A stretch of 64,000 bases of DNA from Nitrosopumilus sp. (GCA_963667665.2 OY763927.2:128001-192000), one strand, 5' to 3'; shown: positions 20,344 to 31,454, counted from the stretch's first letter. Notes: generated by a model not told the origin, from the sequence alone. Translations and numbers: made by a program.

Positions 20344-21942
20344 ATGAAGAAAAAAGGACTCATAGTGGTTTTCTTTTTCGGTGGAATCATGATTACTTCA
20401 GGTTTTGGACTGCAAAGCATGATGTCCTCACCTCCTTCAGATAATCCGGATTTTACAATCACTGGAACACCTGCTGATAATTTTCCTGATGAACAACGTG
20501 CTCAGTTTTGTGGTTCTGGTAATGCAAAGTCTACTGATTATGTTAGAGAATTCTCAATTCCAACACCCTGCACAAATCCCTTGGCAGTAGTTACAGATTA
20601 TGATGGAAATGTTTGGTTCACTCAAACAAATACAGGTAAACTTGCAAAATTTGATCCTATCTCTGAAAGATTTACAGAGTATGATAATCCTTTATGGCCA
20701 CCAGGAGGACGTTCTATGATGTGGGGAATTGATTATGCACCAGATGGTTCTGTGTGGTTTACTGATGAAGCATATGATTCAGTATGGAAATTTTCAACCA
20801 TTGTTGAACAATATGAAAGATTAGAATATCCTGCTGAAGGAAACTCTTTACCACAAAAACTCCAAATTGAAGGTTCTCAAATTATAATTAATGATTTTAC
20901 TGGAAACAAACTTACATTTTTGGATCCATCTCAATCTAGTGATGATGTGAGTTATCTTAGTATTCCATCTCCTGTTGATGATTCTGTAACTGCAGATTTT
21001 GCTATTGATGCCAATGATAATGTCTGGTTTACAAATTGGGTATTCCAACAAGGTGGAGTTTTAGTTAAATTTAATCAAAATGGATATTTTGATACTGTTG
21101 TAAGTAATAACGAACAATTTCTTCCTTTACTTGATTTTATTGAAGTCTATGCATTACCTCCAGAATTACTCACACCAAACGGAGCTGTGGTAAATACTGA
21201 TGGCACTATTTGGTTAGCAGATACTACATCCTCATTCTTCTTTAATTTTGATCCTTCCACTGAACAATTCACTCATTATGTTACATCTGATCCACAGCTC
21301 AGTACCTATGGTAACCAAACAGGAATTGTCAAATCACCAATTTCTAGACCATATTGGATTGATGCTGATGATCAAGGACGTCTTGTTTTTAATGAACAAA
21401 CTTCAAACAACATCGCTGTAATGGATCCAAAATTACAGTCTCTTGTAGAATATCATGTCCCATCAAAGAATCCTAATTGGGCTGACTGTGATCCTGGAAC
21501 AGGTATGATAGATAATTGTGGCTTAGCTCAAATCTTTGATTTTACAATAGATGGTGAAAAAATCTGGTTTACAGAATGGGTTGAAAATAACATTGGAGTA
21601 GTTGATACATCTGTTCCATTGCCAATGAAAATTCAACTAGACTCTGATGCCTTGATTCTTGCATCTGGAGAAACACAGAATTTCAACTTTATTGTCTCAC
21701 CTAACTCCCAACAAGATATGTTGAATATTTCATTAGTTATGTCTACGACTCATGAGTTTTTGGATGTCAATCTTGTTGATAATTCTCCTAGTACATTCCA
21801 ATTAGATTTTGATGCTCCTAGACCAATTCATACAACTATCTCTGCATCTGAAGATGCTATATCTGGAACATACAAAATTTTACTTGGAGCACAATCTCCT
21901 GATGTTACAATTAGCAAATATGTTACAGTGACAATAGAGTGA
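20344..21942 (+). CDS. Secreted Vgb-lyase-like beta-propeller protein
   Basis: Signal peptide; repeated DGxVWFT motifs. Confidence 0.75.
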   Translation: MKKKGLIVVFFFGGIMITSGFGLQSMMSSPPSDNPDFTITGTPADNFPDEQRAQFCGSGNAKSTDYVREFSIPTPCTNPLAVVTDYDGNVWFTQTNTGKLAKFDPISERFTEYDNPLWPPGGRSMMWGIDYAPDGSVWFTDEAYDSVWKFSTIVEQYERLEYPAEGNSLPQKLQIEGSQIIINDFTGNKLTFLDPSQSSDDVSYLSIPSPVDDSVTADFAIDANDNVWFTNWVFQQGGVLVKFNQNGYFDTVVSNNEQFLPLLDFIEVYALPPELLTPNGAVVNTDGTIWLADTTSSFFFNFDPSTEQFTHYVTSDPQLSTYGNQTGIVKSPISRPYWIDADDQGRLVFNEQTSNNIAVMDPKLQSLVEYHVPSKNPNWADCDPGTGMIDNCGLAQIFDFTIDGEKIWFTEWVENNIGVVDTSVPLPMKIQLDSDALILASGETQNFNFIVSPNSQQDMLNISLVMSTTHEFLDVNLVDNSPSTFQLDFDAPRPIHTTISASEDAISGTYKILLGAQSPDVTISKYVTVTIE

Positions 21943-23135
21943 TACCAAATTTAGATTCTCAGATTGGTATTACAATTTACAGTACAGACTTTACTGGAAT
22001 TGGTGGAAAAATTAGGGTTGAACCTGAAGATTTTCAAGTAACTGAAATAATTTCTCAAAGAGCACAAAAAGCCATAAATGATTCAGAAGGCTATGCAGTA
22101 TACAAACTAAAAAAGAAAAAAATTGATACTAATCATGCTTTATCTGATGTTTTTAGAAAAAAAGGAATTCGCTTAAAGTCACTTGGACTAAAAGATGCAT
22201 CTGCAATAACAGAACAATTTGTTTGCTCTGGAAATAAAGGAAAAGCAATTGAAAATTTTTCAACTGACAAATACTCTCTTGAAAAAATAGGTTTTGTAAA
22301 AAAACCATTATCCAAAAAAGACATGATATCAAATCATTTTAAAATTAAAATCTCAGAGTGCTCTGACTGGCTGTCTTCTTTTTCTGAACATGATAAAATT
22401 CTGAATTTTTATGGTTATCAGCGCTTTGGCTCAAAAAGACCTGTAACTCATCTTATTGGAAAGGCAATTTTGCAGAGAGACTTTAAAAAAGCAGTTGAAC
22501 TGATTTTGTCTTTTACATCTCCTTTTGACTCGAAAGAAAATACTGAGATTCGTGAAAAACTCTCTGATGATAAAAACTATGAAAAATACCTTGATCAGGT
22601 TCCATATCAAATGGATATTGAAAGAGTTGTTCTAAAAGAAATGATAGAACATGGTGATGCACTTCGTGCAATTCGCTCTATTCAGATATCTTTGCGAAGA
22701 TTCTACATTTCGGCCTATCAGTCTTTTCTCTTTAATCAGTCTCTAAGTTTAGCTTTTTCTAATGGTGAGGATCTATTTGATTCACAATCAGGTGATGTTT
22801 GTTTTGATCTTCATGGAATAATTGGAAAATATGTGAAAGGACTAGATCAGCATCTTGCATTACCCTTTGTTGGTTACTCTTATTACAAAAAAACTAGATT
22901 TGATTATCAAATCTCCAAAATATTAAAACAGGAAGAGATTACCCCAAAAGACTTTTTCATAAAAGAGATGCAGGAAGTAAGTAGTGAGGGTGGTTTTAGA
23001 CAAGCTGCGATTCATTGTTCAGATTTTTCATCACATGATAGAATAGTAGAGGTTTCGTTATCTAGAGGTTCATTTGCAACGATCTTGTTAAGAGAAATAA
23101 TGAAACCAACAGATCCAATTATTGCTGGTTTTTGA
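21939..23135 (+). CDS. truD: tRNA pseudouridine(13) synthase TruD
   Basis: PEDFQV, GLKD, NFYGYQRFG, SAYQSFLFN, GSFATILLRE. Confidence 0.93.
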   Translation: MIPNLDSQIGITIYSTDFTGIGGKIRVEPEDFQVTEIISQRAQKAINDSEGYAVYKLKKKKIDTNHALSDVFRKKGIRLKSLGLKDASAITEQFVCSGNKGKAIENFSTDKYSLEKIGFVKKPLSKKDMISNHFKIKISECSDWLSSFSEHDKILNFYGYQRFGSKRPVTHLIGKAILQRDFKKAVELILSFTSPFDSKENTEIREKLSDDKNYEKYLDQVPYQMDIERVVLKEMIEHGDALRAIRSIQISLRRFYISAYQSFLFNQSLSLAFSNGEDLFDSQSGDVCFDLHGIIGKYVKGLDQHLALPFVGYSYYKKTRFDYQISKILKQEEITPKDFFIKEMQEVSSEGGFRQAAIHCSDFSSHDRIVEVSLSRGSFATILLREIMKPTDPIIAGF

Positions 23136-23177
23136 GATCAATTTTCATATGATAATATTTTAGATGTCTTTAAGTTA

Positions 23178-23435
23178 GTGTATTTTTTAGAAAATGTGAT
23201 TCAGATGGATATAGCTTACATGCTAATTAGTTGTAAAATTGGAGAAGAACAAGCGCTTTATTCCCAACTAAAAGAGATTCCTGAAGTCAAAAGTTGTTTG
23301 ATTACTTATGGTAGTTATGATATTGTTGTAGAATTTGTCACAGAGACATCTTCACAAATGAATGAAATAATTATATCTAAAATTAGGAAACTACAAAAAA
23401 TTAAGAGCACTATCACTCTTCGTGTGACAAACTAA
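23178..23435 (+). CDS. Lrp/AsnC ligand-binding domain protein
   Basis: AYMLISC...TYGSYDIVV...IRKL..IKSTITL. Confidence 0.85.
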   Translation: MYFLENVIQMDIAYMLISCKIGEEQALYSQLKEIPEVKSCLITYGSYDIVVEFVTETSSQMNEIIISKIRKLQKIKSTITLRVTN

Positions 23436-23641
23436 TTTCTTTTAATTATTTTAATCCCTACTCCTACTCCAATAATTGTGATTCCTACTATTGAAATTTG
23501 AATGCCATGTGTAATCCAATCCGGATTCGAATACATGAAAGAGGATTCTGGTCCTATTACTGAGTGTCCTTGAAGATGAAAAATAAGACCAAAAATAAAG
23601 ACAATGGTGCCTATTAGGACTAGTGGCTTTACTTCCTTCAT
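23432..23641 (-). CDS. Small membrane protein
   Basis: Two hydrophobic segments around GPESSFMY. Confidence 0.65.
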   Translation of the reverse strand: MKEVKPLVLIGTIVFIFGLIFHLQGHSVIGPESSFMYSNPDWITHGIQISIVGITIIGVGVGIKIIKRN

Positions 23642-23744
23642 GAAGAATCTATTTGATTTCTGTTAAAAAGGGTAAACAGAATTGATAATTTGACCAAATG
23701 ATTTTTCGATTTAGCCTTTAATGATTTCTTGAAGACTTGATAAA

Positions 23745-24431
23745 ATGTACAATTGGGATCGTCTCACAGAGTCCACTGATCACAAATATCTAGGTTTGAT
23801 ATTGTTTGGTGCTGCAGCCTCTCTTGCAGTTATTTTATTTCTAATTTTTCACCCTCAAATTGAGTCTATCAACAAAGAATCCCCAATTTTGATCAATATT
23901 ATGTTCATTCCCGCTATGGCTGTAGGATTTCTTTATGGAGTGAAAATTACAGAACGAGCAGTTAGCCCTTCAAAAATCCGTAGCGCATTTAAAAGATCAA
24001 CCATGAAACTCTTCTTGTTCTTTTTTGTTATTGGTGGCATGTTTAGCTCTGTGAACTTTGCCATAAATGGTGGTAGTGTAATGCCAAACATGTCAATTTT
24101 GGAAGATGGGCTTTTAGTTTGGTTAAATAATTTTGTTATAGAAAATGGTGGTGCTACTTTTCTAATTATTACTAGTATTACATTGATGGCAGCAGCTACT
24201 CGAAAAATTGTTGGAATGAATTTTGGATTTTTAAATAGAATGGTAACATTTGTTGGGACATTTGTATTCTTTACAATGCTTGTTCTAAGTTTTACAAAAT
24301 CTGACCCTACATCATCCAGTGTTTTCTTGTATACATTTTATCAAGCAGGAATTGTTGGTGGGGCATTTTATGCAATGAATAGACTAACAAAAAATAAAAA
24401 TATGCTAGAAGACTTTACAAATGGATACTAA
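23745..24431 (+). CDS. Multi-pass membrane protein
   Basis: About six hydrophobic helices. Confidence 0.7.
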   Translation: MYNWDRLTESTDHKYLGLILFGAAASLAVILFLIFHPQIESINKESPILINIMFIPAMAVGFLYGVKITERAVSPSKIRSAFKRSTMKLFLFFFVIGGMFSSVNFAINGGSVMPNMSILEDGLLVWLNNFVIENGGATFLIITSITLMAAATRKIVGMNFGFLNRMVTFVGTFVFFTMLVLSFTKSDPTSSSVFLYTFYQAGIVGGAFYAMNRLTKNKNMLEDFTNGY

Positions 24432-24433
24432 TT

Positions 24434-24682
24434 TTACTCATCTAGGTCTACATAAATTCCTGAGATTTCAGTGTTGAGTCTGTCCCAGTATATTTCACAA
24501 CCATCCGTTTTGAAATCGTTTTCCTTACACTCGTTGAAATGAGCTGTAGCGTCTCTTTGCATGTTATCTGCAAAGAGTACATCCTCCCCGATTCCTAATC
24601 CTATAAGACCAATTGCTGCAAGACTTGCAGCAACTACAATCATACCAAATCCTGCTTGTGCATGATTACCATATTTTGCCAT
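24434..24682 (-). CDS. Hypothetical membrane-anchored protein
   Basis: N-terminal TM segment, Cys pair. Confidence 0.6.
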   Translation of the reverse strand: MAKYGNHAQAGFGMIVVAASLAAIGLIGLGIGEDVLFADNMQRDATAHFNECKENDFKTDGCEIYWDRLNTEISGIYVDLDE

Positions 24683-24788
24683 TTACGAAAAATCCATGAC
24701 TCTCGAATTTAATCTTTTCAAGTTTGATTTTTGCGATCAAATTTGTGATACTAGAGTAGTTTTCTGAGAAAAAAAGAATAGAGAGTAC

Positions 24789-25304
24789 TTGAAAATACCT
24801 TCATTGAGCATTCAAATTCTGCAATATGAGTTTCTTGGACCAATTCTACTTGATGAATGGGGCCCTCCGATGGAAAAATTGGTATTTTTGATCTTGTCTA
24901 GAGTCAAAGATAATTTCAACATAGTCTATGTTGGTGATTGTGAAAAGACTGATGACAAGTCTTTTTTTGTTCAGCATTCAGAATTCAAATGTTGGATCAA
25001 ACAATCAGGATCTGAAAAATCCTTATATCTTGCAATATTACCTTTGTTTGAATCAAATGATAATTATAGAAAAAATGTTCTCAATAAGATCATAACTCAC
25101 TACAAACCTCCTTGCAATTCTAATGATATTACTAAAGCAGCACCTGATTATGTGGTTAGAAAAACAGAACAACCAAGTTTAGAACCTAAAAAATTTTCTT
25201 GTGCTTGTTGTGGTTCTGAAATGAAATCTGAAAAAATTCTTGAAAAATCTACTCTCTATCGCTGTACTGGTTGTGGAATAAGTGATACCAAGCTTAACTG
25301 TTGA
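24789..25304 (+). CDS. Hypothetical protein with C-terminal zinc ribbon
   Basis: CACCG...CTGCG; N-terminal IVYVG and YKPPCN. Confidence 0.65.
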   Translation: MKIPSLSIQILQYEFLGPILLDEWGPPMEKLVFLILSRVKDNFNIVYVGDCEKTDDKSFFVQHSEFKCWIKQSGSEKSLYLAILPLFESNDNYRKNVLNKIITHYKPPCNSNDITKAAPDYVVRKTEQPSLEPKKFSCACCGSEMKSEKILEKSTLYRCTGCGISDTKLNC

Positions 25305-25527
25305 CTTTGTTTTGTATATCAAACAATTGTAACATTAACAAGTCCATTCCTTTTTTCAGATGTTGAAATTCATTAATTGAGTGCATTTGACCCTCCACTA
25401 GTGCCCTCATGATTTTAATTGAATTTTTTTGAAAATCATCTGATGCAACAATTTCCATCGCATTAAGTTTTGATAGAATATTATCTAGATCTTTAATCAT
25501 TTCATCTGATGGCTTGTGTTTGTCCAT
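25294..25527 (-). CDS. Hypothetical protein
   Basis: 77-aa ORF in host codon style. Confidence 0.6.
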   Translation of the reverse strand: MDKHKPSDEMIKDLDNILSKLNAMEIVASDDFQKNSIKIMRALVEGQMHSINEFQHLKKGMDLLMLQLFDIQNKVNS

Positions 25528-25560
25528 TACTAATCTGAAAAGATTTTGATATATGAATCG

Positions 25561-25713
25561 TTACAACAGATCTTCATCAATCTTTTGGATTGGATCTAAA
25601 TACTGTTGGCATGTACAGGTTGGGATTTGACATTTACCTACTTTGATGATTGAATCACTGTTATCATTTGGGATATGTACTTCATCTGTATGGTGGCACC
25701 TCTTACAATTCAT
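25561..25713 (-). CDS. Small Cys/His-rich protein (50 aa, below ORF-track cutoff)
   Basis: Manual translation MNCKRCHHTDEVH...GKCQIPTCTCQQY...; TTAAATA box about 25 nt upstream. Confidence 0.65.
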   Translation of the reverse strand: MNCKRCHHTDEVHIPNDNSDSIIKVGKCQIPTCTCQQYLDPIQKIDEDLL

Positions 25714-25750
25714 AGTAAAAAATCTGTAACTCCAATATTTAAGCCAAAAG

Positions 25751-26800
25751 TTAAGGAATTAAAACTGCTCTGGCCTCAATTTCTGAATCTTTTAGTTTTT
25801 TGAGTACTTCATTTGCACTCTCTAATGGAAATATTTGAGAAATTACTTCGATATTTTTTTCATCACAAATTTTGATTACTTGTTCCATATCTTTTGTTGT
25901 ACCTATCAGAGTTCCTCTGATTGTTTTTTCTTCAAATGCCATAAATGCTGGATTTTCTCCAACTGTTGCAATCACAATCAATCCTCCTTTCTTTACTGAC
26001 TTTATCGCAGTATCAGTAACAATGTCTGCTGGTGCAAAAACTATGGCAGCATCAAGCATTCCATGTTTTTCTTTTAATTTATCAAGGAATTCTTGTTGGT
26101 TTTCAGAAAAAGTCATTGCATCTATTACACCTAATCTTTTTGCAACATCTAGATGATTTTGAGTTCTAGAAAATGCAATTACATCACAATTTTCTACTTT
26201 TGCAAATTGTACTGCCATGTGGCCAACTCCACCAATTCCAAAAATTCCAATTTTTTTATTTAGTTTTGGTTCTGCAGCTTTGACTGCTTTGTATGCTGTG
26301 ATTCCAGCACAAAATAATGGTGCTGCATATTCTGGTTTCATGCTTTCTGGAACTTTTGTTGCAAAATCTTCTGTTACTGTAATGTATTCTGTATATCCAC
26401 CCTTGAATGATTCTCCTGTAATTGTTGATGATTCGCAAAGATTTTCTTTTCCTTCTTTGCAATATTGACACTCTCTACATGATTCTAGCAGTGGAGTAAT
26501 TCCTGCCCTGTCTCCAACTTTGAATTTGGAAACGTTCTCTCCAATTTCAACTACTTTCCCAACTAGTTCGTGACCTGGAACTGTTGGAAGAGTTGGTGGA
26601 ATTCCAATATCTTTCCAATCTCCTTCAATTCCGTGAAGTTGTGAGTGGCAAACTCCACAAGCTTCAATTTTTAGTAAAATCTCATTTGATCTTTGAATTT
26701 CGTGTCTATCTATCTCTGTGAGTTTCAATGGGTTGGTCTCTATTTTAGCACATTCAGAAAGTACCATTGCACGCATTTTTACCATAATATTCAAAATCAA
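25751..26800 (-). CDS. Zinc-dependent alcohol dehydrogenase
   Basis: CGVCHS, GHE, C-x2-C-x2-C-x7-C, LFCAG, GIGGVG. Confidence 0.92.
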   Translation of the reverse strand: MILNIMVKMRAMVLSECAKIETNPLKLTEIDRHEIQRSNEILLKIEACGVCHSQLHGIEGDWKDIGIPPTLPTVPGHELVGKVVEIGENVSKFKVGDRAGITPLLESCRECQYCKEGKENLCESSTITGESFKGGYTEYITVTEDFATKVPESMKPEYAAPLFCAGITAYKAVKAAEPKLNKKIGIFGIGGVGHMAVQFAKVENCDVIAFSRTQNHLDVAKRLGVIDAMTFSENQQEFLDKLKEKHGMLDAAIVFAPADIVTDTAIKSVKKGGLIVIATVGENPAFMAFEEKTIRGTLIGTTKDMEQVIKICDEKNIEVISQIFPLESANEVLKKLKDSEIEARAVLIP

Positions 26801-26863
26801 GCAGGAAATTTTAAGATTCGCTAATTCAATTTTTATCTAATCTAATAATTTTCAAAAATTTTA

Positions 26864-27991
26864 TTAATATTTGATAAAGTTTTTTGCATCTAAATTAAGA
26901 TCTGAGAATAATCCTTCTTTTACAACCATGACATTATCAAGCATGTATTGCTCTTCAACCCCATGTTGATCTTTCACTTTAACTAAAATATCTACTTGAT
27001 TCATTTTAATTTGTGGCTGTAACTTTATCTTCATAGTTGAAAACATACCCTCACCAGAATAATAGGAATGACCATTAATTACTTGTATTTTTGAAAAGTA
27101 ATTGTTTTTGTCATATGTTCCCTTCATGCCAAATTCATTATGAATTTTGACTTGTGCATTAGTAGATTTTACATTTTTACCCTCAGGAAAAATATACAAT
27201 GATATATCTGGTATTTTCTGATTTATCACAGGAAGTTCAATATCAATATACACATAATCACCTATGAAATATGTTTTTGTAGTGTGCTCTTCTCCCAAGG
27301 TAAACTGCAAGTCAATATTAGAATCATCAAATCCATTTGGGTAAGATAGAAGAATTTCTTTAATATCTGTGATTAAAATTTTACTTGAATCAAAATCTTT
27401 TCCCATTAAACATTGACAAGACTCTATGTCTGGTGCACCTAACACATGACCAATTTCATGCTTTATTGTTTTGCTTAATTTTTTATTTGATAATTGAGTA
27501 TGTTTTGAATTTAATACTATATCTTCCAATTCTTCTAGTGACATAATAGGCTGATTTTTTGTTAGTGTTCTCTGATAGTTATCCGTAAAAATTGTAATAG
27601 TTGATGAGGCTGCATTGACATATCCTGCCATTCCAATTAGGAATTGTTTTGAAATAGTTGGTGTTTTTTCATACTTTATAATTACATCACACATTTCTTC
27701 TGATGCAGGGTTTACGTACATTGACATATCCCAAACATCATTTCCTGTCAATCTAACCAAGGAATCATGCCATTCTCTTACTGCTTGTCCTGCAATTCTG
27801 TTTATATTAGAATCATTACTAAATGTGCAAAAATCTAATTGTGATTCAGCAAATATGTTTTCTCGTACACCACTAAATGTATTGAATGCAATGTTGATTG
27901 GGTCTGTTAATTCAGCTGATGCTTCGCTAATTCCAACTATTAACAGAACTGAAAGTATCCCTAGTAGTAATTTCACATATTTTTTTCTCAA
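26864..27991 (-). CDS. Secreted protein with metzincin-like zinc motif
   Basis: Signal peptide; HEIGHVLGAPD followed by CLM (Met-turn-like). Confidence 0.65.
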   Translation of the reverse strand: MRKKYVKLLLGILSVLLIVGISEASAELTDPINIAFNTFSGVRENIFAESQLDFCTFSNDSNINRIAGQAVREWHDSLVRLTGNDVWDMSMYVNPASEEMCDVIIKYEKTPTISKQFLIGMAGYVNAASSTITIFTDNYQRTLTKNQPIMSLEELEDIVLNSKHTQLSNKKLSKTIKHEIGHVLGAPDIESCQCLMGKDFDSSKILITDIKEILLSYPNGFDDSNIDLQFTLGEEHTTKTYFIGDYVYIDIELPVINQKIPDISLYIFPEGKNVKSTNAQVKIHNEFGMKGTYDKNNYFSKIQVINGHSYYSGEGMFSTMKIKLQPQIKMNQVDILVKVKDQHGVEEQYMLDNVMVVKEGLFSDLNLDAKNFIKY

Positions 27992-28086
27992 TTTTCAGTA
28001 TTATCTAGGCGTGAGTATCAAAATATTACACATTGATTCTCAGGTATGAATTAGAAAAATAAAGGCCTAATTCTGTATAATATCAT

Positions 28087-28317
28087 ATGCCTGAAGTTAC
28101 AAAGGACGATCGTGAAAGAGTGAAATTATTACGGCTTATTACAAGCTCCAAAAATGAATTCAAGAAACTTACCTTAGATCAATTAAAGCGATTGCAAGAA
28201 CTAGTTGAAAAAAAAGACTATAGTCATGACAAGAAAGCCCATAAATCAAAAGTGAAATTACTTAAAAAAATTAATGTTAGGATTTACGAAATTACTGAAG
28301 GAAGAGGAATCTGGTAA
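28087..28317 (+). CDS. Small basic hypothetical protein
   Basis: 76-aa ORF in host codon style. Confidence 0.6.
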   Translation: MPEVTKDDRERVKLLRLITSSKNEFKKLTLDQLKRLQELVEKKDYSHDKKAHKSKVKLLKKINVRIYEITEGRGIW

Positions 28318-28360
28318 TAATCTCAATTAGGTACAAATATTCTAACGATTATGATTAACT

Positions 28361-30388
28361 ATGGCAGAAAATAACCTCATTAATGAAACAAGTCCATATT
28401 TGCTTCAACATGCAAACAATCCTGTACAATGGTATGGATGGAATGATGAGGCATTACAAAAAGCAAAAAATGAAAACAAACCAATTTTTCTAAGTATTGG
28501 ATATAGTGCATGTCATTGGTGTCATGTAATGGCACACGAATCATTTGAGAATGAAGAAGTTGCAAAATTCATGAATGAAAATTTTGTAAACATCAAAGTA
28601 GATAGAGAAGAAAGACCAGACATTGATGATATTTATCAAAAAGTTTGTCAGATAGCAACAGGTCAAGGTGGTTGGCCATTGAGTATCTTTCTTACTCCAG
28701 ATCAAAAACCATTCTATGCTGGAACTTATTTTCCTGTATTGGATTCTTATGGACGTCCAGGTTTTGGAAGTATTTGCAGGCAACTCTCACAAGCATGGAA
28801 AGAAAAACCAAAAGATATTGAAAAATCAGCTGAGAAATTTCTTGATACATTAAACAAAGCAGAGGCTATCAAAGTTCCATCAAAACTAGAACGAATAATT
28901 CTTGATGAGGCTGCAATGAATTTGTTTCAATTAGGTGATCCAAATTATGGTGGATTTGGTGGTGCTCCTAAATTTCCTAATGCTGCAAATGTTTCATTTT
29001 TGTTTCGTTATGCAAAACTTTCAGGTCTCTCAAAATTTAATGAATTTGGGCTCAAAACTCTTAATAAAATGGCAAAGGGTGGAATTTTTGATCAAATTGG
29101 AGGTGGTTTTCATAGATACTCAACTGATGCAAAGTGGTTGGTTCCTCATTTTGAAAAGATGCTATACGACAATGCTTTGATTCCAGTAAATTATGCGGAA
29201 GCTTATCAGATAACTAAAGATCCTTTCTATCTTGATGTATTACAAAAAACACTTGATTTTGTTTTACGCGAAATGACTTCCCCAGAAGGAGGATTTTACT
29301 CTGCATATGATGCAGACTCTGAAGGTGTGGAAGGGAAATTTTATGTTTGGACAAAAAGTGAAATCAAAGAAATTCTTGGTGATGCTGCTGATATCTTCTG
29401 TCTTTACTATGATGTAACTGATGGAGGAAATTGGGAAGGAAACAGCATTCTGTGCAATAATATCAATATCTTCTCTGTTGCTTTTAATTTTGGAATAACT
29501 GAAGAGAAGATTAGAGAGATTTTAAAATCATGTTCTGAAAAATTATTAAAAGTTCGTTCTATGAGGGTTCCACCTGGTTTAGATGATAAGCTTTTGGTTT
29601 CATGGAACTCATTAATGATTACCGCATTTGCAAAAGGTTATCGTGTAACAAATGATCCTCGATACCTTGATGCTGCAAAAGCCTGTATTTCTCTCATTGA
29701 AAACAAACTTTTTGAAGGTGATTCACTATTACGAACTTACAAAAATGGAACAGCAAAAATTGATGGATATCTTGAAGATTATTCCTATTTTACAAACGCA
29801 TTACTAGATGTCTTTGAAATTGAACCAGAATCCAAATATCTTAAACTAGCTTTGAAACTTGGATATCATTTAGTAGAACACTTTTGGGATTCTGAGAACA
29901 ATAGCTTTTTTATGACTTCAGATGAACACGAAAAACTAATCATTCGACCAAAAAGCAATTATGATTTATCTTTACCCTCTGGAAATTCTGTTTCTGCTTT
30001 TGTTATGCTTAGATTGTATCATTTGTCTCAAGAACAAAAATTCCTTAAAATTACCACAAAAATTCTAGAATCTCAGGCACAAATGGCTGCTGAAAACCCA
30101 TTTGGATTTGGATATCTGCTTAACACTCTTTCTATCTATTTAGAAAAACCATTAGAGATTACCATCATCAACCCTGAAAATTCTGAACTATGCAAATCAC
30201 TTCTTACAAACTATTTACCTAATTCCTTTATGATCACAATTCAAAATTCTACTCAGTTAGAAAATCTATCTGAATATCCTTTCTTTGCAGGGAAAATTTT
30301 TGAAAACAAAACTTCAGTTTTCATTTGTAAGAATTTTTCTTGCTCTTTACCATTACATACCCTTGATGAGATAAATTCACATCTTTAG
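28361..30388 (+). CDS. YyaL/SPATA20-like thioredoxin-domain protein (DUF255)
   Basis: [42 protein letters not shown]. Confidence 0.93.
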   Translation: MAENNLINETSPYLLQHANNPVQWYGWNDEALQKAKNENKPIFLSIGYSACHWCHVMAHESFENEEVAKFMNENFVNIKVDREERPDIDDIYQKVCQIATGQGGWPLSIFLTPDQKPFYAGTYFPVLDSYGRPGFGSICRQLSQAWKEKPKDIEKSAEKFLDTLNKAEAIKVPSKLERIILDEAAMNLFQLGDPNYGGFGGAPKFPNAANVSFLFRYAKLSGLSKFNEFGLKTLNKMAKGGIFDQIGGGFHRYSTDAKWLVPHFEKMLYDNALIPVNYAEAYQITKDPFYLDVLQKTLDFVLREMTSPEGGFYSAYDADSEGVEGKFYVWTKSEIKEILGDAADIFCLYYDVTDGGNWEGNSILCNNINIFSVAFNFGITEEKIREILKSCSEKLLKVRSMRVPPGLDDKLLVSWNSLMITAFAKGYRVTNDPRYLDAAKACISLIENKLFEGDSLLRTYKNGTAKIDGYLEDYSYFTNALLDVFEIEPESKYLKLALKLGYHLVEHFWDSENNSFFMTSDEHEKLIIRPKSNYDLSLPSGNSVSAFVMLRLYHLSQEQKFLKITTKILESQAQMAAENPFGFGYLLNTLSIYLEKPLEITIINPENSELCKSLLTNYLPNSFMITIQNSTQLENLSEYPFFAGKIFENKTSVFICKNFSCSLPLHTLDEINSHL

Positions 30389-30705
30389 ATTTTTTTCATA
30401 TCTATCCCAATAATATTTCCAACTTGAGGTCTTCCCATATTATCATATCTTGATTTTGGCATTGCTATTGTGATTTGTGTCTGTTGATATGTTTTGATAT
30501 TTACAGTTGGTTGAGATTGTAATATCGCTTCTAATAATGGCATTACTTGTTCTTTAGTTTCAGAATCAAGCTTTTTTGCAACATTTTCAATGATCAATTG
30601 TTTTTGTGAAATTGGCTCAGTTGAGACATTTTCAATTAATGTCAATTGAATCATTTGACCATTATCAACTATCTGTGAAATTTTGAATTCATTTGTTGCC
30701 GACAA
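30385..30705 (-). CDS. Hypothetical protein
   Basis: 106-aa ORF in host codon style. Confidence 0.6.
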   Translation of the reverse strand: MSATNEFKISQIVDNGQMIQLTLIENVSTEPISQKQLIIENVAKKLDSETKEQVMPLLEAILQSQPTVNIKTYQQTQITIAMPKSRYDNMGRPQVGNIIGIDMKKI

Positions 30706-30736
30706 TGCTTTATTCTATTTTCTTAATGATTTATCT

Positions 30737-30829
30737 TTAACGAATTGAAAAATATAGCGCAAATGCAGCTATTGCCACAGCTGAGGACACACCTAGCCCA
30801 AAGATGATTTTGCTTCCATCCACATTCAT
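30737..30829 (-). CDS. Candidate 30-aa single-TM microprotein
   Basis: Manual translation MNVDGSKIIFGLGVSSAVAIAAFALYFSIR. Confidence 0.45.
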   Translation of the reverse strand: MNVDGSKIIFGLGVSSAVAIAAFALYFSIR

Positions 30830-31001
30830 AATTCTTATTTTTACAAATACCATTAAACTGTAACTAATTTCTATTTCTTGAAAATCTCTTTACTGATGAT
30901 TCCTACGTAAGTGTTTTAATAGATTATTCGTAATTTTTCATATCGCAAGCCAACACGAATTGTATTCAAATACCTGCGATGATACGACCACGTCCAACAG
31001 G

Positions 31002-31023
31002 AGAGTGTCCAATTGGACACTCT
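31002..31023. repeat. Perfect 22-bp palindrome AGAGTGTCCAATTGGACACTCT (hairpin, terminator or part of an ncRNA)
   Basis: Equals its own reverse complement; ends 6 nt from the stop of 31030-31380. Confidence 0.75.
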
Positions 31024-31029
31024 TTCTAA

Positions 31030-31380
31030 TTAAAAATCATTCATCACTTTTTGTTGAATTTTCAGGCTTTCGTCTGCTTTGTTTTTCTTATTTTGCAGCC
31101 CAGATTGAGTAAGTAAGGATTTTTTGATTAGTGGTGCTCGCTCTTTAATTATCTGATTGAATTCTTGCATATCTTCCAAACTTGGTGTTTCTCGCTGGTT
31201 TTGGTATGTCTGTAAAAATCCAGAATACACACATCCTGTGATAATTCCAAATGCTGTATCTGGAACCGATTCTATCTCTGGTACAAAATTCTCTGCAATT
31301 TGTCTATATGACTCTGATTCACTAATGTAATAATCAATTAAACTATCAATGAACTCTTTATTCTCATTAGAAATTACCAT
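31030..31380 (-). CDS. Hypothetical protein
   Basis: 116-aa ORF; DTAFGIITGCVYSGF. Confidence 0.65.
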   Translation of the reverse strand: MVISNENKEFIDSLIDYYISESESYRQIAENFVPEIESVPDTAFGIITGCVYSGFLQTYQNQRETPSLEDMQEFNQIIKERAPLIKKSLLTQSGLQNKKNKADESLKIQQKVMNDF

Positions 31381-31454
31381 GACTTTTTCTCCTTTTCCTA
31401 GTTTATTTAACTGTCTTTGATTAATTGTTTATTTATTCATAAATTATTTCCTAA

